Source of the DNA: Candidatus Poseidoniales archaeon
GTDB lineage: Archaea > Thermoplasmatota > Poseidoniia > Poseidoniales > Thalassarchaeaceae
Direction of reading: 5' to 3'
Assembly: GCA_012964335.1 (NCBI GenBank)
Contig: DTUF01000047.1
Span: forward strand, 13,817 to 77,816
Length of the DNA: 64,000 nucleotides
Shown here: piece by piece, positions 49,933-59,559 of the stretch
Layout: every line of letters starts with the position of its first letter
Position numbering within the stretch: position 1 is the stretch's first letter
Program-made: the position numbers and the translations under genes
Notes under the pieces: generated by a model
Databases searched by the model: none
What the model saw: only the letters and a program-made list of their open reading frames with translations
Told to the model about the DNA's origin: nothing

Positions 49933-51309
49933 TCATGTATTCAATTGGTCAAAAATAATGTCAATGTGACAGTGTTTGTCATCTTCATCGGTACATTGTC
50001 TTTCCACTGCCGCTGCCTTGACACCGAATTTAGTCTCAACAATACCTTCAAGGATTCCCTCATCTAAATGGCAGAAAGGTCCACCGAATTGGGGTGCATT
50101 TCCACAAGAACCAGCATCATGGATTCTAATTGATTGTGGTGGAATACCTATTATTTCCATTTCACCCATACCCATATCTGACCATTCTTTACGGAGATGT
50201 TCCCAGAACTCTTGGTCGGTTTGAGTCGAATCTTCTGTACTGGTAACTATTTCTTCACCGATTCTACGGCCAACAATTCGCATCAATTCTGAAACATCAA
50301 TGCCAAGTAATTCTAATTCTGGTAAATTTGGTTGTGAGGTGAGGAATTTATCACCTTGACGAAGTACCGCATTTGTCCAATTTTCATTATCCGGGTGTTG
50401 ATCCTCAATGTCGCGGGCAACGATTTCTTTGAACCTTCTATAGAAAGAACCTGCTCCAAGATTTATTTGTAAAGGCTCAGTATTTTCACCCAGTTCTACA
50501 AAAGTTCTAGCAGTTGACAAAGGGGTTGCGTTTTTCCAAGTAGCATTGATCAAATCAGTTTGTGCAGTTAGGAATTCAGGTGCTTCTATGACGAGGGCAG
50601 CGTCTTCTTTCCCGCGACCAACTGGGTTCGATTCCATTGATACATTTTGAACGGCAACATCACCGTCAACAATACATCCGTGCATTGAGACCGATTCACT
50701 ATGTCTGATTTCAACCGCTGAATCTAACTGTTCATAGAATTTCAGAGTAGTTTTATCAAGACAGGCTAGCACTTTCACACTAACTCCTCTATTAGCTGCT
50801 TCGTTTGCAGCCTTCAGAGCACCTGTTTTAACAAGGTGTAGAATTCCGTATTTACCTAGAATTAGAAAAACGGTTGTCTCTGCATCATCAATAATCCGCT
50901 CCATTGCTGCTTGAATGTAACTGCGTTCTTTTACTACTGAAAAACTTGGTTCTTTCAAAGATGAAACATAGCCCATTGAAATAGCACTGTTTCCTTCGTT
51001 AAATTCATCATAATGGGCTTTAATACGCCTCAACTCCTGTTCTTCATGATTGATTAATTGTTGGAAAACTTCTGTAATCGTTAAACCAGTAAAGCGCATT
51101 GGTTTGTCCAATGTAGCCATAACTAGACCTCGTTCTTGTAATCGTTTTAGAGTATTATAGGAATCCATTCTACTGATTCCTATTTGCCTACCAACTTCAC
51201 TCGCCTTAAGAGGTGTAGATGTCGATAATAATATTACGACATCCGCCTCTTTCTCTTCTAAACCAACATCAGTCAGCCGAGCGTGAAGGGGGGTGGCCAC
51301 CTCTTCCAT
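49933..51309 (-). CDS. TrmB-family regulator: wHTH, PLD-like effector domain and C-terminal V4R domain
   Basis: GLEEKEADV...YNTLKRLQERGLV...KPMRF (TrmB HTH) and HGCIVDGD. C-terminal WSDMGMG...SCG...PFCHLDEGILEG...QC...CH is a V4R-type Cys set. Confidence 0.82.
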   Translation of the reverse strand: MEEVATPLHARLTDVGLEEKEADVVILLSTSTPLKASEVGRQIGISRMDSYNTLKRLQERGLVMATLDKPMRFTGLTITEVFQQLINHEEQELRRIKAHYDEFNEGNSAISMGYVSSLKEPSFSVVKERSYIQAAMERIIDDAETTVFLILGKYGILHLVKTGALKAANEAANRGVSVKVLACLDKTTLKFYEQLDSAVEIRHSESVSMHGCIVDGDVAVQNVSMESNPVGRGKEDAALVIEAPEFLTAQTDLINATWKNATPLSTARTFVELGENTEPLQINLGAGSFYRRFKEIVARDIEDQHPDNENWTNAVLRQGDKFLTSQPNLPELELLGIDVSELMRIVGRRIGEEIVTSTEDSTQTDQEFWEHLRKEWSDMGMGEMEIIGIPPQSIRIHDAGSCGNAPQFGGPFCHLDEGILEGIVETKFGVKAAAVERQCTDEDDKHCHIDIIFDQLNT

Positions 51310-51351
51310 GATATTTGGCTGACATCCAACCGTTTTGAACCAATTGATGTA

Positions 51352-51365
51352 TTAAGAATTCTTAA
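51352..51365. promoter_or_regulatory. Perfect 14-bp palindrome TTAAGAATTCTTAA between the divergent trmB-like and fdhD genes
   Basis: Self-complementary and roughly centred in the 91-bp intergenic region. Confidence 0.5.
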
Positions 51366-51400
51366 CGAAGCATTAAGTTGTAGTGTAGATACAGCATATT

Positions 51401-52204
51401 GTGTCACAAGAGGCGACCAAGACAACCCCTGTCCAAGTTTGGTCAGAGGGTAAATTAAATACAAGTAAGGATTCTCTTGTTAGTGAGGCTGCTATTGAAA
51501 TCGTCATTGAAATCAACGATATCCAGAAGAAACTAGGAATTTTATTACGAACCCCAGGAGATGATGCAGAATTAGTGACGGGATGGCTTTTAGGTGAGGC
51601 TATAATTCAATCTAATGCATCAATTCTAGAAATTGAATCATCACCTGAACGTATTGTAGTCACTATGGATTCTGACAACTTTAGTTTAAGTGATTTTCAA
51701 GAGCGTGAATTTCCAATAACATCTAGTTGTGGATTATGCGGCAGAGAAACACTTGATGGGTTAATTATTCCTAGCCGTTTAACCATCTCAGATGAACGTT
51801 GGGTTTCACCTACAGTCCTCGTTGAATTACCTTCGTTACTTACTGATTCTCAGGACCATTTCAAGACCACCGGTGGACTACATGCTTGTGCCCTTTTTGA
51901 CTACTCTGGTAATCTGATATCTGTTAGGGAAGATGTGGGACGGCACAACGCTTTGGACAAATTAATAGGATCTAGATTGATGGCTGATAGCTTACCTGCT
52001 GAAAAGCAAATTCTTATGTTGTCAGGCAGAATTGGTTATGAGTTGATTCAGAAGGCAGCATTAGCTGGAATTCCAGTCATCGCCGGCCTTGGGGCACCTT
52101 CATCGATGGCCGTTGATGCGGCAAGGTCTGCAGGGCTTACATTAATTGGTTTTTTAAAATCCACCCGATTCAATGTATATACTGGCGGTTGGCGGGTTCT
52201 GTGA
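51401..52204 (+). CDS. fdhD: Formate dehydrogenase accessory sulfurtransferase
   Basis: RTPGDD, SSCGLCG, TGGLHA, REDVGRHNALDKLIG, SGR and APSSMAV. Confidence 0.95.
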   Translation: MSQEATKTTPVQVWSEGKLNTSKDSLVSEAAIEIVIEINDIQKKLGILLRTPGDDAELVTGWLLGEAIIQSNASILEIESSPERIVVTMDSDNFSLSDFQEREFPITSSCGLCGRETLDGLIIPSRLTISDERWVSPTVLVELPSLLTDSQDHFKTTGGLHACALFDYSGNLISVREDVGRHNALDKLIGSRLMADSLPAEKQILMLSGRIGYELIQKAALAGIPVIAGLGAPSSMAVDAARSAGLTLIGFLKSTRFNVYTGGWRVL

Positions 52205-52325
52205 ACGGAATTGTTAGTTTTGGCTAAAAGCATCAATTTGATTGAACTCTCTCCACGAACATTGACAAAGCCGAAGGCTTTAGGCGTGCTAACGCAAAGT
52301 ACAATATTCCATATGAGGTGAATTA

Positions 52326-54203
52326 ATGACTCCTGAAAAGAATGGTTGGAACCCTCAGCAACCAGGGCACATATTGCTTCATCAATTACGTTCTGAAATA
52401 CAAGAAAAGGGTACATTATCAACGGACAGAATTGGTGAAATCGCCCTTCAATTTAGCACAACACCAGCCAAGGTTAAGGGTGCCATTGGTTACTACAGTG
52501 AGTTGACCCAAGAGAACCACACTGTGAGAGTTTGTATAGGCGAGTCATGTCGTTCAAGAGGGTCTCTAAACACCATTTCTATGCTTGAAAGTGAAGGTGA
52601 GGTAGTAGGGAAACTCCACTGTGCTGGCTTATGCCCTACTGGGGTTGCTGTGCTTTATGATGATGAAGCAAATAACTGTAAATCGCAAAGCGGAGACGGC
52701 TTGAATTTGTTCCTTAGTTGCGATAGTGCTTCTGTAGCACTTGGCTCAGAAGATATTGCTGAAGAAATTATTAAAAACAAATTTGACAATGTATCTTTGA
52801 CTAGAACTGGAAGTAGGGGTTTGTATCACCTCGAACCAATGTTAGAAGTTGATATTGATGGTTTGAGGCATGCATTTGGCCCAATTGCTGCAAGTGATGT
52901 AACTAATGTTATGAGCGCTATTACTGATGGGAATCTACAATCCCACCCGCTTCATCTTGGTGAGATTGACAAGCATCCAGAAATGCTTAGCCAACAAAGA
53001 TTCGCTATGGCTAGATTGGGCCTTTGTGAACCTAATGATTTACGATCTCAGCAGGAATTAGGTGCATATTTGGGATTAGGTAAAGCAGAATCAGCTGGCC
53101 CTGAATCAGTACTCGCTGCTTTGGAGTCTGCCGGGCTTCGTGGCCGAGGGGGTGCAGGATTCCCAACACATTTCAAGTGGGCCGCAGCAGCTCGTGAAAG
53201 TGACCCAACCAAACATGTTGTGGCAAATGCTGACGAAGGAGATGCAGGTACTTTCATTGATAGGATGATTATGGAAGGTGACCCCCACGCGCTGATTGAA
53301 GGCATGGTGATATGCGCACTTACAATTGGCGCCACCGATGGCTGGGTATACTTGCGAAGTGAATACCCTGATTCAAAGAAAACGCTGCAAGCCGCTATTG
53401 ATTCGGCCAGAGAAGTTGGTATACTCGGTCCGAATTTTGATATCACTATCGCAGTTGGTGCAGGATCTTACGTCTGTGGCGAAGAAACAGCACTGCTTGA
53501 AAGTCTAGAAGGAAAGCGTGGTGAAGTGAGAGCACGCCCACCATATCCAGCCCAAGAAGGATTGTATGGGCATCCAACTATCGTCAATAATGTTCTAACT
53601 TTTTCACTTGTAGCCGCAATAATGAGGGAGGGTGCAGAAACTTACGGCGCCATTGGCACAGAGAAAAGTAAGGGCACTGTAGTTGCACAATTGGTAGGCA
53701 ATACCCAGAAACCTACCTGCGTAGAGGTTCCTTTCGGTGGCACGGTCAAAGAGTTGTTTGACAATCATTCCTCACTTGAAGGTGTTACCGCAATTCAGGT
53801 CGGTGGACCCCTTGGTTCGGTTTTCAAAACTGAGGCATTAGCAAATATTGAACTTTCATTTGAAGGTTTAACCGACGCAGATGGAATATTAGGCCACGGT
53901 GGTTTTGTTTGTTATGGCTCTGATTTCGACCCACGCTCAGAAGTTATTGAATGGATGACATTTTTCCGCGACGAGAGTTGCGGAAAATGCACACCCTGTC
54001 GTATTGGCACCCAGAGGGCGCTAGAATTGTTGATAAGAATTGGTACAGATGATGAAAAACCAGGTGATAGGGAATTGCTAGATGACCTAGATGACGTGAT
54101 GACTTCCACTTCTTTGTGTGCTTTGGGGGGTTTGGCGATGAACCCAGTACGTTCTTCAATGACCCTCTGGCCAGATGCTTTTGGAGGTGTGGGGGATGAA
54201 TGA
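52326..54203 (+). CDS. fdsB: NAD-dependent formate dehydrogenase flavoprotein subunit, FdsG(NuoE)-FdsB(NuoF) fusion
   Basis: N-terminal CIGESC...CAGLC. FdsB-type DSASVALG...GSRGLYHLEPMLEV. Also GLRGRGGAGFPT, NADEGD, YVCGEETAL and ESCGKCTPCR...SLCALG. Confidence 0.88.
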   Translation: MTPEKNGWNPQQPGHILLHQLRSEIQEKGTLSTDRIGEIALQFSTTPAKVKGAIGYYSELTQENHTVRVCIGESCRSRGSLNTISMLESEGEVVGKLHCAGLCPTGVAVLYDDEANNCKSQSGDGLNLFLSCDSASVALGSEDIAEEIIKNKFDNVSLTRTGSRGLYHLEPMLEVDIDGLRHAFGPIAASDVTNVMSAITDGNLQSHPLHLGEIDKHPEMLSQQRFAMARLGLCEPNDLRSQQELGAYLGLGKAESAGPESVLAALESAGLRGRGGAGFPTHFKWAAAARESDPTKHVVANADEGDAGTFIDRMIMEGDPHALIEGMVICALTIGATDGWVYLRSEYPDSKKTLQAAIDSAREVGILGPNFDITIAVGAGSYVCGEETALLESLEGKRGEVRARPPYPAQEGLYGHPTIVNNVLTFSLVAAIMREGAETYGAIGTEKSKGTVVAQLVGNTQKPTCVEVPFGGTVKELFDNHSSLEGVTAIQVGGPLGSVFKTEALANIELSFEGLTDADGILGHGGFVCYGSDFDPRSEVIEWMTFFRDESCGKCTPCRIGTQRALELLIRIGTDDEKPGDRELLDDLDDVMTSTSLCALGGLAMNPVRSSMTLWPDAFGGVGDE

Positions 54204-56895
54204 TACCTTTTCTCTGTCAATAGACGGTCAAGATATGCAAGGCCACCAAGGTCAAACAGTAATGGAGGTTGCTAGGGAAAATGGCATTAGTATTCCTAGT
54301 CTGTGCGACTCTCCTCACTTGAAATCATTTGGCTCTTGCAGATTATGTATAATTGAAATTGATGGTCAAGCAGGAACTCCATCATCGTGTACAACACCTG
54401 CTCTAGAAGGGATGGATGTTCACACAACTTCAGAGAGGTTGTGGGATTTAAGGCGTGGGATTACTGAACTGTATGTAAGTGAACACCCACTTGACTGTTT
54501 AACATGCACAGCAAATGGTGATTGTGAGTTACAAGATATTGCTGGAGAAGTTGGTCTAAGAGACATTAGATTTGACAATACCCCTGATTGTGAGGATGTG
54601 CCTATTGACAGGTCAAATCCGTTCTTTTCATTTGATGCTAGCAAGTGTATTGTTTGTTCAAGATGTGTTCGTGCTTGCGACGATATACAGACCACCCATG
54701 CCTTGTCTATAGATGGCAGGGGTTTCTTCAGCAGAATTATTGCTGGAGCAGATGTTCCATTTATGGCATCGGATTGTGTATCATGTGGGGCTTGTGTCGA
54801 TGAGTGCCCTGTAGGTGCTCTTGAAGATACAGTCGAGCGCTCTTTTGGCGTGCCTGATAAGTGGGTTCGTACAACTTGTGCGTTTTGTGGCGTAGGGTGT
54901 CAATTTGATGCTGGAACCAAAGGAGGTAAATTAGTCACTATGAAACCTGCAGCTGATTCTCCTGTTAATCAGGGACATTCTTGTGTTAAGGGGAGATTTG
55001 CATCTGCTTATGTCCACCATTCAGATAGACTAACAACTCCAATGCTCAGAGAATCTACAGAAGATGAATTTCGTGAAGCCAGTTGGGATGAAGCCTACTC
55101 TTTCATAGCAGAAAGATTGCAATCTACAAAGGAGCAACATGGTCCTGATTCAATTGGTATTATTACCTCTTCACGTTCAACGAATGAACTCAATTATCTA
55201 GGTTCGAAATTTATGAGAGCCGTAATAGGCACTAATAATGTAGATAATTGTGCTCGAGTTTGCCATTCTGCAACAGTAAAAGGAATGATGACAGTATTTG
55301 GAGCCGGTGCTGGAACCAATAGTCTGGCTGATATTGATGTCACAGATCTATTACTCGCATCTGGATGTAATCCAATACACGGCCATCCGGTCACAGGTTC
55401 ACGAATTGGAAGGGCCCGCAAACGAGGGATGGGATTGATTGTTGCAGACCCTAAGGATACAGAATTTGCAAAAATGGCTGATATTCACTTGCAATTAAGA
55501 CCGGGCACAAATGTCGCTTTGTTCCAAGGTATGGCACATGTAATTCTCAGAGATAAATTACAAGCAAGTGATGAATGGATGAATACTCGTACAGAAAATT
55601 TGGAACCATTCAAGGAAATGGTAAAAGTAATGACACCAAGTATTTGTGAACAGATAACCACTGTTCCTGCAGCCACAATTGAAGCAGCGGCGAGAATGTA
55701 CGCCTCTGCTGCTTCAGCAATGTCTGTGCATGGATTAGGGATGACTGAGCATAGTTATGGTTCAGAAGGTGTGATGGCTCTGTCGAGTTTAGCACTGTTA
55801 ACAGGAAATGTGGGTAAGCCGGGAACGGGAATTAATCCGCTTCGAGGACAGAATAATGTACAGGGCTCTTGCGACATGGGCGCACTTCCACATGTCTTGA
55901 CAAATTATCAATCTGTTTCTGATGACGAAGTTAGAGGATTATTCCAAGATACTTGGGGGGTTGAATTGGTTGCAGAACCCGGTTTAACATACCCTGAGAT
56001 GATAGACAATTCATTAGAAGGAAAATTCCATGCTTTGTACATGATAGGTTCTGACATTGCTCATACCGATCCAGATAACACTCGAGTTCAGGATGGGTTA
56101 TCAAAACTTGATTTGCTCATCGTTCAGGATATCTTCCATTGTGAGTCAGCAAATTTCGCCCATGTTGTACTTCCAGCAGCATCTTTCTTGGAGTCTGATG
56201 GTACATACACCAATGGAGAAAGGCGAATTCAAAGGATTAGAAAAGCCATTGAACCACCAGGTCAAGCAAAGCAAGATTGGGTAATAATTTCTGAGTTAGC
56301 AGAATACATGGGCCATCCAATAATTCCCTCAAATAATGTCTCAGATATTTGGGATGAATTAGCAAGCTTGACACCTAACTTTAGGGGGATTTCTTATGCT
56401 AGGCTAGAAAGTGCCGAAGCGATACAATGGCCTGCACCAACTGTTGACCATCCCGGTACAGATGTGATGCACAAGGAGGAGTTCTCTCGCGGATTAGGTA
56501 ATTTTTCAGCTCCTCAATTCGCAGAACCAAATGAACAAGCCTCAGATGATTATCCATTCATTTTAGTCACAGGCAGAAATCTATTCCACTACAACTCTGG
56601 AACTCAAACTAGACGGACAGGATTGAATGAATTTTACGATACTGATGTACTTGAAATGCACCCTAAAGATGCTTCAAGGCTCGGATTTTCAGACGGGGAT
56701 GAAATCATGCTCGCAAGTCCTAGAAATAAAATAAAAATGATTCTTAAATTAAGTTTAGATGTTAGAGTTGGGAACCTATTTACAACATTCCACTTCCCTG
56801 AGGTAGGGGTTAACTCAGTTCTCAGTTCTTCTGCAGATTATCTAACCAAATGTCCTGAATACAAGGTGCAAGCAGTAGCAATATTACCTGCTTAG
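54196..56895 (+). CDS. fdsA: Mo/W-bisPGD formate dehydrogenase alpha subunit (NuoG-like N-terminus)
   Basis: Multiple Fe-S motifs, CAFCGVGC, CVKGRF, active-site NCARVCH and PLRGQNNVQG. ATG at 54196 overlaps the upstream gene. Confidence 0.93.
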   Translation: MNDTFSLSIDGQDMQGHQGQTVMEVARENGISIPSLCDSPHLKSFGSCRLCIIEIDGQAGTPSSCTTPALEGMDVHTTSERLWDLRRGITELYVSEHPLDCLTCTANGDCELQDIAGEVGLRDIRFDNTPDCEDVPIDRSNPFFSFDASKCIVCSRCVRACDDIQTTHALSIDGRGFFSRIIAGADVPFMASDCVSCGACVDECPVGALEDTVERSFGVPDKWVRTTCAFCGVGCQFDAGTKGGKLVTMKPAADSPVNQGHSCVKGRFASAYVHHSDRLTTPMLRESTEDEFREASWDEAYSFIAERLQSTKEQHGPDSIGIITSSRSTNELNYLGSKFMRAVIGTNNVDNCARVCHSATVKGMMTVFGAGAGTNSLADIDVTDLLLASGCNPIHGHPVTGSRIGRARKRGMGLIVADPKDTEFAKMADIHLQLRPGTNVALFQGMAHVILRDKLQASDEWMNTRTENLEPFKEMVKVMTPSICEQITTVPAATIEAAARMYASAASAMSVHGLGMTEHSYGSEGVMALSSLALLTGNVGKPGTGINPLRGQNNVQGSCDMGALPHVLTNYQSVSDDEVRGLFQDTWGVELVAEPGLTYPEMIDNSLEGKFHALYMIGSDIAHTDPDNTRVQDGLSKLDLLIVQDIFHCESANFAHVVLPAASFLESDGTYTNGERRIQRIRKAIEPPGQAKQDWVIISELAEYMGHPIIPSNNVSDIWDELASLTPNFRGISYARLESAEAIQWPAPTVDHPGTDVMHKEEFSRGLGNFSAPQFAEPNEQASDDYPFILVTGRNLFHYNSGTQTRRTGLNEFYDTDVLEMHPKDASRLGFSDGDEIMLASPRNKIKMILKLSLDVRVGNLFTTFHFPEVGVNSVLSSSADYLTKCPEYKVQAVAILPA

Positions 56896-56912
56896 ATTAA
56901 CGATTCAATTAG

Positions 56913-59396
56913 TTAATTTCTCATCTTTGAGAGGCGTCTCATTTTCTTCTCTTGCTCCTTGAGAAGTAACTTGCACCGACGAATTTGTTCCTTTGCCATT
57001 TTAGCATGGTCGCCAGCCAGTGGGCTGACTCTCTTATCCGACATGCCTTGTTCAAAGCACTTTATTGCATCAGAGTAGCGTTCAACTTCTGCATAGGCTG
57101 TCCCCATGTTGTATAGGGTTGCACCAGTTACTCCAGCAGGGTTTACTCTCATTGCTTCGTGGTAGGCATCAATACAATCGCTAAATTTCTTAAGGTAGTA
57201 AAATGCATTTCCCCTAGCGTTGAGAATCCTCACTACCATTTCATCATCATTGACGAAAGTGGGTAACGCTCTGTCAAAACATGCAAGGGCTTCTTTGTAC
57301 TTTTCATCTGTAAGAAGTGAGAGTCCTTTGTTGTACCACTGTACATCTTGATTGGAAATTGAACTACTATCAATTTTCCCCGATCCCAATATTGCAGGCG
57401 GAGGTGTGTTTGATGCAACGTCTAAAGCAGCCTTGGCCAAGTCAACTTCTGGGGATGCTTCAGTTTGTATTATTGGCTCTGGCTCTGGTGTGGTATCCAA
57501 AATTTCCTCAGCAGCAACAATCTCTTCAGATGTTTGATCTTCAGCATCATCGCTCGAATCTGTATCATCACTTGAATCGGATTGTGAATCCGTATCTCCC
57601 CACGGGTTATCTGCCCATGGGTCATCGGTAGCAACTTCTTCAGGTTCAGTTGATGTTTCTAGTTGTGGTGTATCTTCAATTTCTGGTTGTGGCTCCGGTT
57701 CTTGAACAGGTTCAGGTTCTTGTACTGGTTCAAGTTCAGGTTCAGAAGGAGTTGTGACAGATGGTTCGCTAACCTCTGGTGTTGGGCTGCTTTCCCCAGT
57801 TAGTGAAGCGATTTTCGCTCGGCATTTCTCTGCAGTTACTTGGTCCCCAGCCGCGATGAATGTTTTTCTCATTCCGGTCCATAAACCTGGATTATCGCGG
57901 TCAGTTTCAATCAGAGACCTCCATGCCTTCACTGCTTCAGGATATGAACCGGATAAGGTCATGGCTCTAGCACGTAGTTGGACATTTTCTGAAGACCCAT
58001 TATCTGGTATGAACTTCAATGCTTCAGAGGCTAATTCGGGCCCTTCTGGTATTGTGGTTGGGATTTCCTTTGCCATTTCTAAGACTTCGCCTTCACCCTC
58101 AGCAATAGCAATTAGAATTCCAGCGAAAGTTGGACCGCCATTGTGCTCAGGCTCATGTGAAAGTAGAGCCCTCCATGATTCAATCGCTAATGTTAGTGTT
58201 CCGTTTGCAGTATGAATTTCGGCTAATGCTGCCGACGCTTTGGTATAATCAGGTCGTAACCCCAAAGCGGCGTCAAAACATGTGATTGCGGTTTCTTCGT
58301 GGCCGTTTCGACGATGTAGTGCCCCGAGATTGTACCATGATGCAGCATCGGTATTATCTAAGTCAAGTGCGTAAGTAAATGCTTCTATCGAATTGTCTAT
58401 GAGCGATAATCGAGCCATTGAGGCTGCAGCAACTCTCCATGCCCTTGGGTGTTGTGAGGCTTCGTTGTGAAGTAAATCCCTAAGGAGTTCTAATCCTTGT
58501 TCTGGTTGATTTTGCTTGATTAAATTGGCAGCATCTTCAACAATTGCATCTAAATCAAGTTCAGGTGCAATGTATGGCTGTTCGATAACCTCGGGTGCAG
58601 GCTCCGGTTCAACTGGTGCGACGGTAATTTCCTCTGCAGTAGCAGTTGGTACAACTCCAGTTTCAATAGTGGGAGATTCTTCTGCTGGCCCTTGGTTTGA
58701 AATCCGTGCTAAATCCGGGTGAGAGGGGAATGATTTCAAGGCTCTATGAGCAAAGGTAGCAGCCTCTGCAGTACTTCCTGTCCGGTCTAGTAGAACCGCT
58801 AGATTAGCAGCGGCTGGCCCATGGTCCGTTTGCATATCTAAACAAACTTTGAAGGCTTTCGCAGCTTCATCAACTTGGCCACTCATCTCATGAATCACAC
58901 CTCTGTTGAACCATGCCATTGCATTACTTGGGTCAGATGCTATTACTCGATTGAAAATTTTCATTGCTTGATGTTCGCGTCCTTCAGAGACTAGTAATTC
59001 ACCCTGTGTTATTAGTGATTCTAAATCTTCATTGTCTTCGTCAAAATCTTCTTGTTTAGCCTGTTGTGAGGTATCTCCTCCAATCTTATCTCTGACTTTA
59101 TCGACAGCATCTGTTCCTGCTTGTTTAACAGTGGAGAAAACTGGTACAACATGGTCCCCGATTTTCTGAGTAGCTCTTTGTAGCGAACCGACTAAATCAC
59201 CTTCAACAGATACTGCATCTCGAACTTCGGATTCTACTTTTTGGACGATTTCTGAAACCTTTTCCTTAACTTGAACTATTTTTGAAGGCACTCCGAATAG
59301 GTCACCTTGGCACGCTGGGCATACTGCCTCAAGCCCTTCTAATTGGTGTTCACAGTGAGGGCAATTATCATGTCCGTGTTCAGCCATACGTTCCAC
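56913..59396 (-). CDS. TPR-repeat protein with an N-terminal zinc ribbon and an acidic linker
   Basis: CPHC...CPAC, multiple TPRs (AWFNRG, SWYNLG, WYNKG, LYNMG) and EPEPVQ low-complexity repeats. Confidence 0.85.
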   Translation of the reverse strand: MERMAEHGHDNCPHCEHQLEGLEAVCPACQGDLFGVPSKIVQVKEKVSEIVQKVESEVRDAVSVEGDLVGSLQRATQKIGDHVVPVFSTVKQAGTDAVDKVRDKIGGDTSQQAKQEDFDEDNEDLESLITQGELLVSEGREHQAMKIFNRVIASDPSNAMAWFNRGVIHEMSGQVDEAAKAFKVCLDMQTDHGPAAANLAVLLDRTGSTAEAATFAHRALKSFPSHPDLARISNQGPAEESPTIETGVVPTATAEEITVAPVEPEPAPEVIEQPYIAPELDLDAIVEDAANLIKQNQPEQGLELLRDLLHNEASQHPRAWRVAAASMARLSLIDNSIEAFTYALDLDNTDAASWYNLGALHRRNGHEETAITCFDAALGLRPDYTKASAALAEIHTANGTLTLAIESWRALLSHEPEHNGGPTFAGILIAIAEGEGEVLEMAKEIPTTIPEGPELASEALKFIPDNGSSENVQLRARAMTLSGSYPEAVKAWRSLIETDRDNPGLWTGMRKTFIAAGDQVTAEKCRAKIASLTGESSPTPEVSEPSVTTPSEPELEPVQEPEPVQEPEPQPEIEDTPQLETSTEPEEVATDDPWADNPWGDTDSQSDSSDDTDSSDDAEDQTSEEIVAAEEILDTTPEPEPIIQTEASPEVDLAKAALDVASNTPPPAILGSGKIDSSSISNQDVQWYNKGLSLLTDEKYKEALACFDRALPTFVNDDEMVVRILNARGNAFYYLKKFSDCIDAYHEAMRVNPAGVTGATLYNMGTAYAEVERYSDAIKCFEQGMSDKRVSPLAGDHAKMAKEQIRRCKLLLKEQEKKMRRLSKMRN

Positions 59397-59559
59397 TCAG
59401 GCAGTGACCCGTTAGTGTCACGGATAAGTGTTCGCTGTTGTAGTATAGTAAATAATCAATAATTTCTAACCCATTTTTGTCTATCATCAATTGTTGATGA
59501 GAATAGATTAAATGAAAATCGCAGCCCCTATTGAATAGCAATTCTGTAGTATCAAACAA

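Noticed and set aside
55246..55266. Possible selenocysteine in formate dehydrogenase
   Set aside because: The active-site codon is TGC (Cys) and the ORF is uninterrupted.
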